Positions 35,327-44,444 of a stretch of DNA of 64,000 nt are shown piece by piece (position 1 is the first letter of the stretch; every line of letters starts with the position of its first letter). The notes below the pieces were generated by a model. The model was given only the letters and a program-made list of their open reading frames with translations, was not told where the DNA came from and did no database searches. Both the position numbers and the translations under genes were made by a program. The DNA comes from Minisyncoccota bacterium. Its GTDB lineage: Bacteria > Patescibacteriota > Minisyncoccia > Phycocordibacterales > UBA9973. The stretch spans positions 52,590-116,589 of the forward strand of contig JAIPHX010000001.1 in NCBI GenBank assembly GCA_021734995.1, given 5' to 3'.

Positions 35327-36787
35327 ATGACAGGACAAGAGGGCTTACCAATTAAAATTAAAGTACCAGAGGCTAATTTGCCTAACGTAGAGGGGTTAAA
35401 GGCTGAAGGGTTATCAAAACCCAAGCTAGATGTTCCTGGCATTATTCAAGCAAATGATGCAAAAATTGCAGAGTTAGGTGCTGTAGCAAAGACTACTGGG
35501 GAAAAAATAGAAGGGCTAAGAGCTCAATTGGGGCTAGATCCAAATTCAAATCCAAACCTAGAAGTTCCACCTAGTATCGCTTACATACAAGAAAAAAGAA
35601 GAGAATTAGAAGAAAAAAATAAAAAGCTGTTGGCTGGATCTCCTAATCAGCAAGGGGTAGAACAAGGGGTAGCAGAACAAGGGATAACAGAAGCGGGTCA
35701 AGCGGGGGAAAAAGGAATGGGAGAAGTTCCTGCAGGAAAACCACGCGAAGATTTACCTGAAAATCCTGAAAACTCTGAAAATGCCCAAAAGCCAGAAGCT
35801 CCAGAAGAAGCCCCTAAGCAAGAGCCGTCACAAGATCAAGAAAAAAATAAAAATCCTGAAGAAAAAGAAGATGAAATATCAAAAGAGGTAATAGAAAGAT
35901 TGTCTGCAGTAATGCAAGCAAAAAAAGCACTGGAAGCAAGGGTGGCAGGACTCAAAGACTCACCAGCTTTTAAAGCCTTTGAAGCAAAAAACAAAGACTT
36001 AGATGAAAAAAGAAAAAAACTAGAAGGTCTAAAGAATACTATAAACAATGGAGGAGGAGGAAGCGGGGGAGGAGTTACTTCATTAGAGGGCTCAATATCA
36101 TTTAGTGGTGCTGTCGATTCAACATCAGGGCAAGAGGATTTACAAAATGGCGAGGCTTCTCCTGAGAAAAGTGCAGTTGATTTAGAACAAGAAGTAGAAA
36201 ATTTAATAAAGAGAACTGAACTTGAAGTTTTAAAATTAGAAAAAGAAGAGATGGAATTTGGGGAAGATGGTTTGCAGATAAAGGCAAAAGAAATGGATCT
36301 TGAAGAAAAAGCTATTGAAACTGAAACAGAAATATGGAGTGCTGGTGGTATGAACCAAGAAACTTTCAACAAAACGTTGCAAAATATCAATAATTCTGAA
36401 TTTGACCAAAGTACCATTAAAAATCGAGACACCTTTGTAAGATTTATGTTGGCTGAAAACGAAATGGAATCTTTTAAACAAGAAAATAATGATTATTATC
36501 AAAGCTTGGAAGTAAAGCAAACAGAAATAGAATCAAAAGAATCTGAGTTGGAAGGAGTAGAATATCCAAATGAAAATAAAATTATAGGGATTTTAGCAGA
36601 GCATGCTATTGAAAAAGAAGAAGGAGAAGAAGGACCAAAAAATCTTGATGGTGAAAAAATAGCTGAGACAGCTGGAGCAGAAAAACCTCCTTCCGATAAT
36701 GGGATAGAAACAAGCGACCCCGCTCAGAATATGGATATTCCTATTGTTGCTGGGGGTGAAAAAAATCCTGGTGAAGTTTATAAATAA
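35327..36787 (+). CDS. Hypothetical acidic, low-complexity/coiled-coil protein (486 aa)
   Basis: Glu/Lys/Pro-rich, PE(N/A)PE repeats, a Gly stretch NGGGGSGGGV, and no TM segment. Confidence 0.45.
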   Translation: MTGQEGLPIKIKVPEANLPNVEGLKAEGLSKPKLDVPGIIQANDAKIAELGAVAKTTGEKIEGLRAQLGLDPNSNPNLEVPPSIAYIQEKRRELEEKNKKLLAGSPNQQGVEQGVAEQGITEAGQAGEKGMGEVPAGKPREDLPENPENSENAQKPEAPEEAPKQEPSQDQEKNKNPEEKEDEISKEVIERLSAVMQAKKALEARVAGLKDSPAFKAFEAKNKDLDEKRKKLEGLKNTINNGGGGSGGGVTSLEGSISFSGAVDSTSGQEDLQNGEASPEKSAVDLEQEVENLIKRTELEVLKLEKEEMEFGEDGLQIKAKEMDLEEKAIETETEIWSAGGMNQETFNKTLQNINNSEFDQSTIKNRDTFVRFMLAENEMESFKQENNDYYQSLEVKQTEIESKESELEGVEYPNENKIIGILAEHAIEKEEGEEGPKNLDGEKIAETAGAEKPPSDNGIETSDPAQNMDIPIVAGGEKNPGEVYK

Positions 36788-36808
36788 TATAAATAAAATT
36801 TTAAACAT

Positions 36809-38509
36809 ATGAAGACAAACTGCCAGAACTGCAAAAAAGACTTCGATATTACAAAAAACGACTTGGGATTTTATGAAAAAATAAAGGTTCCGTCTCCGAC
36901 TTTTTGTCCTGAATGTAGAATGATACGAAGGATGGCTTGGAGAAACGAAAGGCATTTGCACAAAAATAAATGTGATATTTGTAAAGAAAATATAATCTCA
37001 ATATACAGCGAGGATTCCCCATATAAAGTTTTATGTGGCTCTTGTTTCCATGGAGATGCATGGAATCCTTTTGATTATGAGATGGAAATAGATTTTTCAA
37101 AACCTTTTTTACAACAGGTAAAAGAATTACAGTTAAAAGTGCCAAGACTATATTCTTTTGTTTTCCAAAATACAAATAGTGAATACACAAACGGGGCAGC
37201 TTTCAATAAAAATTGTTATCTTATTTTTGTGAGTGACTACGATGAAGATTGTGCATATTGTTACTCTACTACTAATTCCAAAAATTCCCTTGATCTTTTT
37301 AATTCTACTGAAAATGAATTGTGTTATGACTCTTCTTCTTGTGTGAAGTGTTTTGCTGTTTCTTTTTCTGAAGATTGTGCCTCTTCCCAAAATTTAATTT
37401 TTTGTAAAAATTGCAATAATTGCAGTGACTGTATTGGATGTGTAAATTTGAGAAATAAAAAGCATTGTTTGTTTAATGAGCAACTAACAGAAGAAGAATA
37501 CAAACAAAAAAAGAAAGAGTTAAATCTTGAAAATAGGGAAAGTTTGAAATCATTAGAAAAACAAGCGCGAGAAGTTTGGAGTAAATATCCATTGAAATAT
37601 ATACATGGTTTAAAAAACATAGATGTCATGGGGGATTACACAAATAATTCCAAAAACTCTAGTTTTGTTTTTGATTCAAACTCAGTGGAAGATTCTAAAT
37701 TTTTAAATTTTGGTAGTAAAATAAAAGATTCGCAAGATGCGTATGTTTTAGTGGATGGTTCAGAATTATGTAATGAGATTGTAAGTGGTATTACTTTAAG
37801 CAACGCGAAATGTAGCTATTGTGTTTGGGTTGGATTTAATATTTCATATTCTGATACTTGCGAAAATTCCAATAATTTATTTGGCTGTGTGGGAGTTAGA
37901 AAAGGAGAATATTGCATTTTGAATAAAAAGTATTCCAAAGAAGAATATGAGCAACTTGTAGAAAAAATTATAAAACATATGAATGATATGCCTTATGTAG
38001 ATGAAAAAGGGATTGTGTATAAATATGGTGAATTTTTCCCCATAGATTTAAGTCCTTTTTCTTATAACGAAACTATCGCTCAAGAATATTTTCCCTTAGA
38101 AGAAAAGGAAGCTTTAGAAAAAGGATATAGATGGATGAAGAAAAAAGAAAGAGATTATAAAATAGAGATAAAAAGCGAAGAAATTCCACAAGAGATAGAA
38201 GGTGTAGGGGAAGATATTGTAAATAAAGTAATAGAATGTGCTCACAAGGGGGATTGTAATCATCAATGCACGGAAGCTTTTAGAATAAGGAAATCCGATT
38301 TTGATTTTTATAAAAGATTAAAATTGCCATTGCCAGATTTATGTCCAAATTGTAGGCATACAAAAAGATTTAAAACTCATAATCCTCTTCAGTTTTGGGA
38401 AAGAGGGTGCATGAACAAAGGGTGTCAAAATAAATTTAAAACAACATATTCCCCAGATCGACCAGAAGTGGTGTATTGTGAATCTTGCTATCAGAAGGAG
38501 GTGTATTGA
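36809..38509 (+). CDS. Cysteine-rich protein family member 3 (566 aa)
   Basis: N-terminal CQNCKKDFDITKNDLGFYEKIKVPSPTFCPECRMIRRMAWRNER; central CKNCNNCSDCIGCVNL; YGEFFPIDLSPFSYNETIAQEYFP; C-terminal FYKRLKLPLPDLCPNCRHTKR...PEVVYCESCYQKEVY. Confidence 0.7.
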   Translation: MKTNCQNCKKDFDITKNDLGFYEKIKVPSPTFCPECRMIRRMAWRNERHLHKNKCDICKENIISIYSEDSPYKVLCGSCFHGDAWNPFDYEMEIDFSKPFLQQVKELQLKVPRLYSFVFQNTNSEYTNGAAFNKNCYLIFVSDYDEDCAYCYSTTNSKNSLDLFNSTENELCYDSSSCVKCFAVSFSEDCASSQNLIFCKNCNNCSDCIGCVNLRNKKHCLFNEQLTEEEYKQKKKELNLENRESLKSLEKQAREVWSKYPLKYIHGLKNIDVMGDYTNNSKNSSFVFDSNSVEDSKFLNFGSKIKDSQDAYVLVDGSELCNEIVSGITLSNAKCSYCVWVGFNISYSDTCENSNNLFGCVGVRKGEYCILNKKYSKEEYEQLVEKIIKHMNDMPYVDEKGIVYKYGEFFPIDLSPFSYNETIAQEYFPLEEKEALEKGYRWMKKKERDYKIEIKSEEIPQEIEGVGEDIVNKVIECAHKGDCNHQCTEAFRIRKSDFDFYKRLKLPLPDLCPNCRHTKRFKTHNPLQFWERGCMNKGCQNKFKTTYSPDRPEVVYCESCYQKEVY

Positions 38510-38619
38510 TAATTTTTTTTCGGCTGTTGTATTATTTTTTAATCTTTATGGAATTAAGAGAGGAGCTTGCTAAAACTCTTTGATTGAATTATTAAATTTA
38601 TAATGATACCATTATTTCC

Positions 38620-40281
38620 ATGGAGAAGACTTGTAAAAGATGCCTGCAGACTTTTGTAGTGGATAGCCTTGAGTTAAATTTGTCTCAAAAAATGAATATT
38701 CCTGTGACTCATTCATGCCCTGATTGTCGTTTTAAACTTAGAAACGTTTGGCGAAATGAGATGAACTTATATTCAGGAGTAAAGTGCGGGCTATGTGATA
38801 AGAGTATCATTTCTATGTATAACCCTAAACATGGGTATGTAATTTATTGTAACAGTTGTTATGAATCAGATAGTTGGGATAAAAAATCTTATTTTGTAAA
38901 TTATGATGAAAATCGTCCTTTTTTTGATCAGTTCCAAGAGCTTTTCAAAAAGACACCAAAAGCTTCTTTGTATATATCCAAAGCTTCAGGGATAAATCTA
39001 AATAGTGATTATGTAAATTATGCAGGAGGAATTAAAAATTGTTATTTTATTTTCAATGGAGGACCAGCAGAAGACTCTATGTATTCTAGAGGAGTGGTAT
39101 TTTCTAAAGATTCTTCTGATTCATATTTTGGGATGAATGTTGATAGGTGTTATGAATGTGTAAATATTTTTAATTCTTCAGGAGTATTCTGGGGGATAAA
39201 TGTTAATAATTGCTTGGATAGTATGTTTTTAATGGATTGCAGTGGATTGACTAATTGTTTTGGTTGTGTGAATTTAAGAATGAAAAGTTATTGTTGGTTT
39301 AATGAACAACTTTCCAGAAGTGAATACGAAGAAAGATTAAAGACTGTGCAAGGGAGTTATACAAAAATGCAGGCAGAATATTTAAAGTTTCAAGAGTTTG
39401 CATTAAAATTTCCAAATAGAGAAAACCACAATTTAAAAGTTCAAAATTGTCGGGGGGACTATCTGATGGAATGTAAAAATGTTGTTAATTCTTTTGAAAT
39501 TGCTTCTTCAGAAAATGTTATGTTTGCTTTTTCAGCTAAAAAACTAAAAGATTCTCTTGGGGTAGTTGGCTTTGGGTTTAATTCCGAGTCTCTTTTTGAT
39601 TGTGCTGCAGTAGGATATTCAAGCAATGTGATTGGTTCTGTTATTGTTGAAAATTCACAAAATATCTTGAATAGTTTTTCTTTGTATGGATGTAGTGATT
39701 GTATTGGTTGTGCTAGTTTAAAAAATGGTAAATTTTGTATTTTAAATAAAGAGTATAGAGAAGAAGAATATAATAAAATAAAAGAAAAGATTATCCAAGA
39801 ACTAAAAGAGAAAGAATTATATGGTTATATGATACCTTCAGAGATTTCTCCGTTTGGCTACAATGAATCTATTGTCATGGATAATGCTCCATTAAATGAA
39901 ACAGAGGTCTTGGCTTTTGGCTGTAGGTGGGAAGAAGACTTACAAAAAACAGAAGGGAAGGAAACTATTAAAACAGAAGATATCCCTGATAATATAGAGG
40001 AAGTAAATGAATCTTTTCTAAAAGAGATTTGTGTTTGCTTTGATTGTAAAAGAAATTACAAGCTAACCTCTCAGGAATTTTCTTTTTATAAAAAAATGAA
40101 GTTACCAATACCACGAAAGTGTTTTTATTGTCGACACAAAGATAGATTACAAAAAAGAGGTCCATATAAATTTTGGGACAGGGATTGTGCTAAGTGTGGT
40201 AAAAGTATCAGCACCAATTATGATTTAAATAGACCTGAGATTGTGTATTGTGAAAGTTGTTACCAAAAGGAGGTGTATTAG
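38620..40281 (+). CDS. Cysteine-rich protein family member 4 (553 aa)
   Basis: N-terminal CKRCLQTF...CPDCRFKLRNVWRNE; central DCSGLTNCFGCVNL and CSDCIGCASL; ISPFGYNESI; C-terminal CFDCKRNY...FYKKMKLPIPRKCFYCRHKDR...PEIVYCESCYQKEVY. Confidence 0.7.
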   Translation: MEKTCKRCLQTFVVDSLELNLSQKMNIPVTHSCPDCRFKLRNVWRNEMNLYSGVKCGLCDKSIISMYNPKHGYVIYCNSCYESDSWDKKSYFVNYDENRPFFDQFQELFKKTPKASLYISKASGINLNSDYVNYAGGIKNCYFIFNGGPAEDSMYSRGVVFSKDSSDSYFGMNVDRCYECVNIFNSSGVFWGINVNNCLDSMFLMDCSGLTNCFGCVNLRMKSYCWFNEQLSRSEYEERLKTVQGSYTKMQAEYLKFQEFALKFPNRENHNLKVQNCRGDYLMECKNVVNSFEIASSENVMFAFSAKKLKDSLGVVGFGFNSESLFDCAAVGYSSNVIGSVIVENSQNILNSFSLYGCSDCIGCASLKNGKFCILNKEYREEEYNKIKEKIIQELKEKELYGYMIPSEISPFGYNESIVMDNAPLNETEVLAFGCRWEEDLQKTEGKETIKTEDIPDNIEEVNESFLKEICVCFDCKRNYKLTSQEFSFYKKMKLPIPRKCFYCRHKDRLQKRGPYKFWDRDCAKCGKSISTNYDLNRPEIVYCESCYQKEVY

Positions 40282-40338
40282 ATTTTTTGAAATATACTAA
40301 CATACAAAAATTGTTAATTATAAATTAAGTAGTATACT

Positions 40339-41571
40339 TTGTCTATGAATTTAGAAAATCCAAAAAAATTACATCCTGATGGTGTTGAACAGCCTAAAAA
40401 AGTATTAATGGATCCTAAAAAAGATCCTATTGCTGGGAATATGGCAGTTGATGTTGCTGTTCAGAATATTGTTGTTGAACAGATGGGGGTTATTAGAGAT
40501 AAATTAGGGATGCCACCAATTACAGAAATACCACCATCTATACAAGACCAAGCAAATTTATTTTTGGACCAAATTAAAGATAAGGAATTTGATTATATGT
40601 TTCAAAACCCCAATGGAGAAGATACTCCTGAAGAGTATGTTACTACTTTAAAAAATGGTGTTGTTCAACAGTATTTGGATCAAAATAAAGATTTTCAAGA
40701 TTTAAAACCTTTATTGCAAAATGTATACAGGGGCAATTATGCTATTCAAGCATCTAATATTTTTTTTAATAACCCTTTAAATACTGAGAAGTTAAAAAAG
40801 ATTTTAGATTCTTTAATAAAAAATGAAGATAAAAAGTTTTCTGCTATAAAAAATGATGAGACTCTTAAATTATTAAAAAAAAGAGTGGCTAGCTCTAGTA
40901 GGGATTCAGCAGAAAAAGATGGAGTTGAATATTATTCCAAGACAAATCAAACGAGAGAGTTTTTTGCTGACGGTAGGAAAAGTGATTCATATTCTTATGT
41001 TTCAATGATGTTTGGTTTACTTAACAATTTTTCAACAACTGATTTGGGTAAGAAATATATCCATGAGAAAATTGATAATAAAACAATTTTTTTATTTGGT
41101 GGCGGTGATTCTGTTAGAGATTTATTAAATTCAGAAGAGTTTAAACCAAATAAAATACTTAATTTCGATCCTTTTTTAGAAAAAGAAGATCTCAATAAAA
41201 ATCAAAATGGTATTTATGAATCCTATCCAATATCAGCTTCAAATGAAAATATTAAAATAATGGTAGAAAAAGAAGTTATTCCGCAAGCTGATGAGGTGTG
41301 GGCTACATATTCGGTACCATTTTATTTAGATTCTGCCGAAGATATAAAAAAATTAATAAAAAATATGGCTTCAATTATACGAGAAGGAGGGAATGCTCGT
41401 ATTTCTCCGATAGCCGTTCAAAACAAAGATAAAGAAGGGGATACATTTGAAACACGAAAAAAAGCATTAATGGAGGCTATTCAAGATTTGTTAAATGACC
41501 CTAAATTTAATGTGGTTGTTTTCGGTGACACTATTAAGATTCATAAAATTAAAAAAGAAGTTTCTTCTTAA
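40339..41571 (+). CDS. Hypothetical protein (410 aa)
   Basis: Long ORF co-directional with the Cys-rich cluster; no recognisable motifs; hydrophilic. Confidence 0.45.
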   Translation: MSMNLENPKKLHPDGVEQPKKVLMDPKKDPIAGNMAVDVAVQNIVVEQMGVIRDKLGMPPITEIPPSIQDQANLFLDQIKDKEFDYMFQNPNGEDTPEEYVTTLKNGVVQQYLDQNKDFQDLKPLLQNVYRGNYAIQASNIFFNNPLNTEKLKKILDSLIKNEDKKFSAIKNDETLKLLKKRVASSSRDSAEKDGVEYYSKTNQTREFFADGRKSDSYSYVSMMFGLLNNFSTTDLGKKYIHEKIDNKTIFLFGGGDSVRDLLNSEEFKPNKILNFDPFLEKEDLNKNQNGIYESYPISASNENIKIMVEKEVIPQADEVWATYSVPFYLDSAEDIKKLIKNMASIIREGGNARISPIAVQNKDKEGDTFETRKKALMEAIQDLLNDPKFNVVVFGDTIKIHKIKKEVSS

Positions 41572-41650
41572 ATTATATTGAAGGCATGTTTGAGTAAGTA
41601 CTTTTGGTTTAGATTAACAATATTAGATTTTAATAGGTTTAGTGTAAAAT

Positions 41651-43144
41651 CTACCCCAAACTCTTCCTTAAAAGTGCAGCTTCTAGAATCTCTTTAGATG
41701 GGTTTTGATTTTTTTTGATTTTAGCTAGAATCTTTCCAGATAGTTTGGAGTGTTGTATTTCTTCTTTTGTTTTTGGTCCAAACTTGAATCCTGTATATCT
41801 TTCTAAAGATTCTATCTCTTCCAATAACCCTAAAAGTCCCAATTCTTTGATACTTTCTTTTCGTAAAAATCTTCCAGCTCTTTCTAGGTTTTCATTTAGA
41901 TTTTTGTAAAGATTTTTCACAACATCAATCTTGCCATTTTTTAAACATTCTTCTATTCCTTTACCTGTCCCTAAAAATTCTGGGGGGATACCAATAGAAT
42001 AACAGCTTGCAGTAAAACCGATAGCTCTAGGCAATTTGTTTTTCCCTACTTGTCTTGAATATCCAAAAAGACCGATATGTTGCATTCTTTCACGACGCTT
42101 TGGTATGTATTTGCTAACCCTTTGAATTAAAGGGACAAGTTCTTCCACTTTTCTTCTGTATGGTTTTTCAAAGAAGGAGATAACTTTTTTTATCTCTGGT
42201 AACATTTTGTCAGGGAAGATTTCTGTCTTAGTAGTTGCTATCTCTTTGATTATTTCTTGTACCGCTTTTTTAACCTTACTATTGTTGTGGTCATAGCGGA
42301 AAGAAGATTGAATCACTAAAGTTTTCATCCCAGCAAATTCTCTAACGAAGTCCAAGCTAGTGTCAGGGGTAAGTCCACCTCGGAAGGGTAGGGAACCAGG
42401 GGCAATGATAGGGAATGTTGGTATTTTTGTTTTTTTAGTGAATTTTGCATATTCAGATAATGCCCATTTGATTGCAAGAGTGGTGGGCACTATCCCTGAG
42501 TTCATACTAGGATCTGATCTTGCACAAAAAGGTCTTAGGTATTCAGGAGAATGTTTGAATTCTTTTTTATACATTTCTAAATATTGGTTCAAAATGTTAC
42601 CTGATTTTAGAAGGGTGTCCACTCTTTCAAAAAGTGGGATGATTTCAATAGGTTCTTCTTTGTGTTCTGTTTTACCAAAAGAAGTATTTACTACTTTTGC
42701 AAATTTCTTGAATCCTTTTTGTAATTTAAAGATTTCTCCCGCGGTCTCTGTCATAGGTAAAATAATTTCAAATACAGGATTATGAGAAATACTACCTGTG
42801 TCTTTTAATTCTCTGGCAGATAAGATAACCATCAATGCTCTTCCTAGTCGGTATCCTGACTCTACTCTTGGATTAGGAACCCTGAAGGTTAAGAAAAGCT
42901 CTTTGCCTAAAGGTTTTTTTTGGAAAAAGATAGCCTGCTCTGTGAGCAACCTTTCCACCACAGATTCATCTGCTAGTTTGCCTTCCCAATCCCACATCAT
43001 TTCTTCTGCTCCAACATCTTTAAACATCAAGATACATTCTTTTATTTCGTCATGGGTTTTGATTAGTGCTTCGCTGTGCCAGTATGGTTTGTGTGTGTGG
43101 TCAGGGTGTTGGGAAAACATTACAGCTGGTATTTTTCTAGGCAT
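41651..43144 (-). CDS. Archaeal-type phosphoenolpyruvate carboxylase (atPEPC, about 500 aa)
   Basis: N-terminal PRKIPAVMFSQHPDH matches the atPEPC PRxMxTQHPD motif. Its length is about 500 aa, against about 900 aa for bacterial-type PEPC. Confidence 0.65.
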   Translation of the reverse strand: MPRKIPAVMFSQHPDHTHKPYWHSEALIKTHDEIKECILMFKDVGAEEMMWDWEGKLADESVVERLLTEQAIFFQKKPLGKELFLTFRVPNPRVESGYRLGRALMVILSARELKDTGSISHNPVFEIILPMTETAGEIFKLQKGFKKFAKVVNTSFGKTEHKEEPIEIIPLFERVDTLLKSGNILNQYLEMYKKEFKHSPEYLRPFCARSDPSMNSGIVPTTLAIKWALSEYAKFTKKTKIPTFPIIAPGSLPFRGGLTPDTSLDFVREFAGMKTLVIQSSFRYDHNNSKVKKAVQEIIKEIATTKTEIFPDKMLPEIKKVISFFEKPYRRKVEELVPLIQRVSKYIPKRRERMQHIGLFGYSRQVGKNKLPRAIGFTASCYSIGIPPEFLGTGKGIEECLKNGKIDVVKNLYKNLNENLERAGRFLRKESIKELGLLGLLEEIESLERYTGFKFGPKTKEEIQHSKLSGKILAKIKKNQNPSKEILEAALLRKSLG

Positions 43145-43146
43145 CT

Positions 43147-44298
43147 TTATTTTGATTTTTTTATAAATTGATTAATTTTTCGCAATCCTTTTTCTAAAGT
43201 TTTTGTTTTTACTGCATAGCTTATTCGAATATATGAAGGGGAGTAGAAAGCTTCTCCAGGAACTACAGCCACTCCTTCTTCTTCTAGCAAAGCCTCTGCC
43301 CAAGCAGTGGAAGTTTTGTATTTTTTGCCGAGCAGGTTGCTAATATTTGGGAAGATATAAAAAGCTCCTTCGGGTTTTGATATCTTTAATTTTTTAATTT
43401 TATTAAGTGCATCAAAAGCAATGTTTCTATTTTTTTCAAATTCTTTTATCATTTTTCTTATTTCAGTATCATTTCCTCGAAGAGCTTCCAAAGCACCCAT
43501 TTGAGCGATTGAGTTTACTCCTGAAGTTATCTGACTAGCTAGACTTGTGATAGATTTGATTATTGATCTTGATCCACAGGCATATCCAATGCGCCAACCT
43601 GTCATTGCGTATGATTTTGAAAAGCCATTTATAATTAAGGTGTTTTCTTTTATTTTTTCACCCAAAGATGCAATAGAAAAATGTTTTTTTTCATAAATTA
43701 TTTTCTCATAGATTTCATCAGAGATAATAAAAATGTTTTTTTCTCTAGCCAACTTGCCAATCTTTATGATTTCTTGTTCGTCTATTGTTGCTCCTGTAGG
43801 ATTACTAGGAGTATTTAAAAGAATTATTTTTGTTTTAGAGGATATCTTTTTTTGGACATCTTTTGCTTTTAATTTAAATGGTGATTTTAATTCTACAAAC
43901 ACAACCTTTGCCCCTGCCATGTGGATTTGTTCTACATAAGTACTCCAAGTGGGGGAGGCGACAATCACTTCATCTCCTTTTTTGCATAATATTTGAAAAG
44001 CTAAATACAAAATATATTTTGTGCCTGCTCCAACAAAAATCTCTTCTTTGTCATATTTTATTTTATATTCTTCAAGGAATTTTTTTGAAATTGCTTCTCT
44101 GAGTTCGGTGATTCCTGCAGTAGGGGTGTAGTGGGTAAAATGTTTTTTAATTGCTTGGATAGAAGCGTTAGATATGTTTTTGGGAGTATTGAAATATGGT
44201 TCGCCAACTGTCAGATTTATGATTTCTCTGCCTTCTGCTTGTAGTTTTTTTGCTTTTTCATCTAGTGCCAATGTCGGTGATTCTTTAGGTATTTGCAT
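43147..44298 (-). CDS. PLP-dependent class I/II aminotransferase (aspartate/aromatic aminotransferase-like)
   Basis: PLP-Lys motif region FSKSYAMTGWRIGY, SPTWSTY, NTPSNPTG. Confidence 0.8.
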   Translation of the reverse strand: MQIPKESPTLALDEKAKKLQAEGREIINLTVGEPYFNTPKNISNASIQAIKKHFTHYTPTAGITELREAISKKFLEEYKIKYDKEEIFVGAGTKYILYLAFQILCKKGDEVIVASPTWSTYVEQIHMAGAKVVFVELKSPFKLKAKDVQKKISSKTKIILLNTPSNPTGATIDEQEIIKIGKLAREKNIFIISDEIYEKIIYEKKHFSIASLGEKIKENTLIINGFSKSYAMTGWRIGYACGSRSIIKSITSLASQITSGVNSIAQMGALEALRGNDTEIRKMIKEFEKNRNIAFDALNKIKKLKISKPEGAFYIFPNISNLLGKKYKTSTAWAEALLEEEGVAVVPGEAFYSPSYIRISYAVKTKTLEKGLRKINQFIKKSK

Positions 44299-44444
44299 GT
44301 TGTTTTCTTTGTTTTTTTGACCTTGTAGATTATATCATTTTATATAAAAAAAGTGATATAATGCGGGTATTATAAAGAAATTTAAGTTTGTTTTGGCTTT
44401 AGTAATAATTTAACCATTGTTCTGGTCAAGAAAATCTCAGAAAG

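Noticed and set aside
36593-37629. Minus-strand ORFs 36593..36961, 36849..37190, 37148..37390 and 37324..37629 overlapping the acidic protein gene and Cys-rich paralog 3
   Set aside because: They are antisense to two strongly supported plus-strand genes, and their products are Phe/Leu/Ile/Lys-rich with no domain features.
17696-40281. The regularly recurring Cys-rich DNA and protein repeats as a CRISPR array or other non-coding repeat array
   Set aside because: The repeats are in-frame protein modules inside long ORFs with diverged sequence. There are no short identical direct repeats with unique spacers anywhere in the window.
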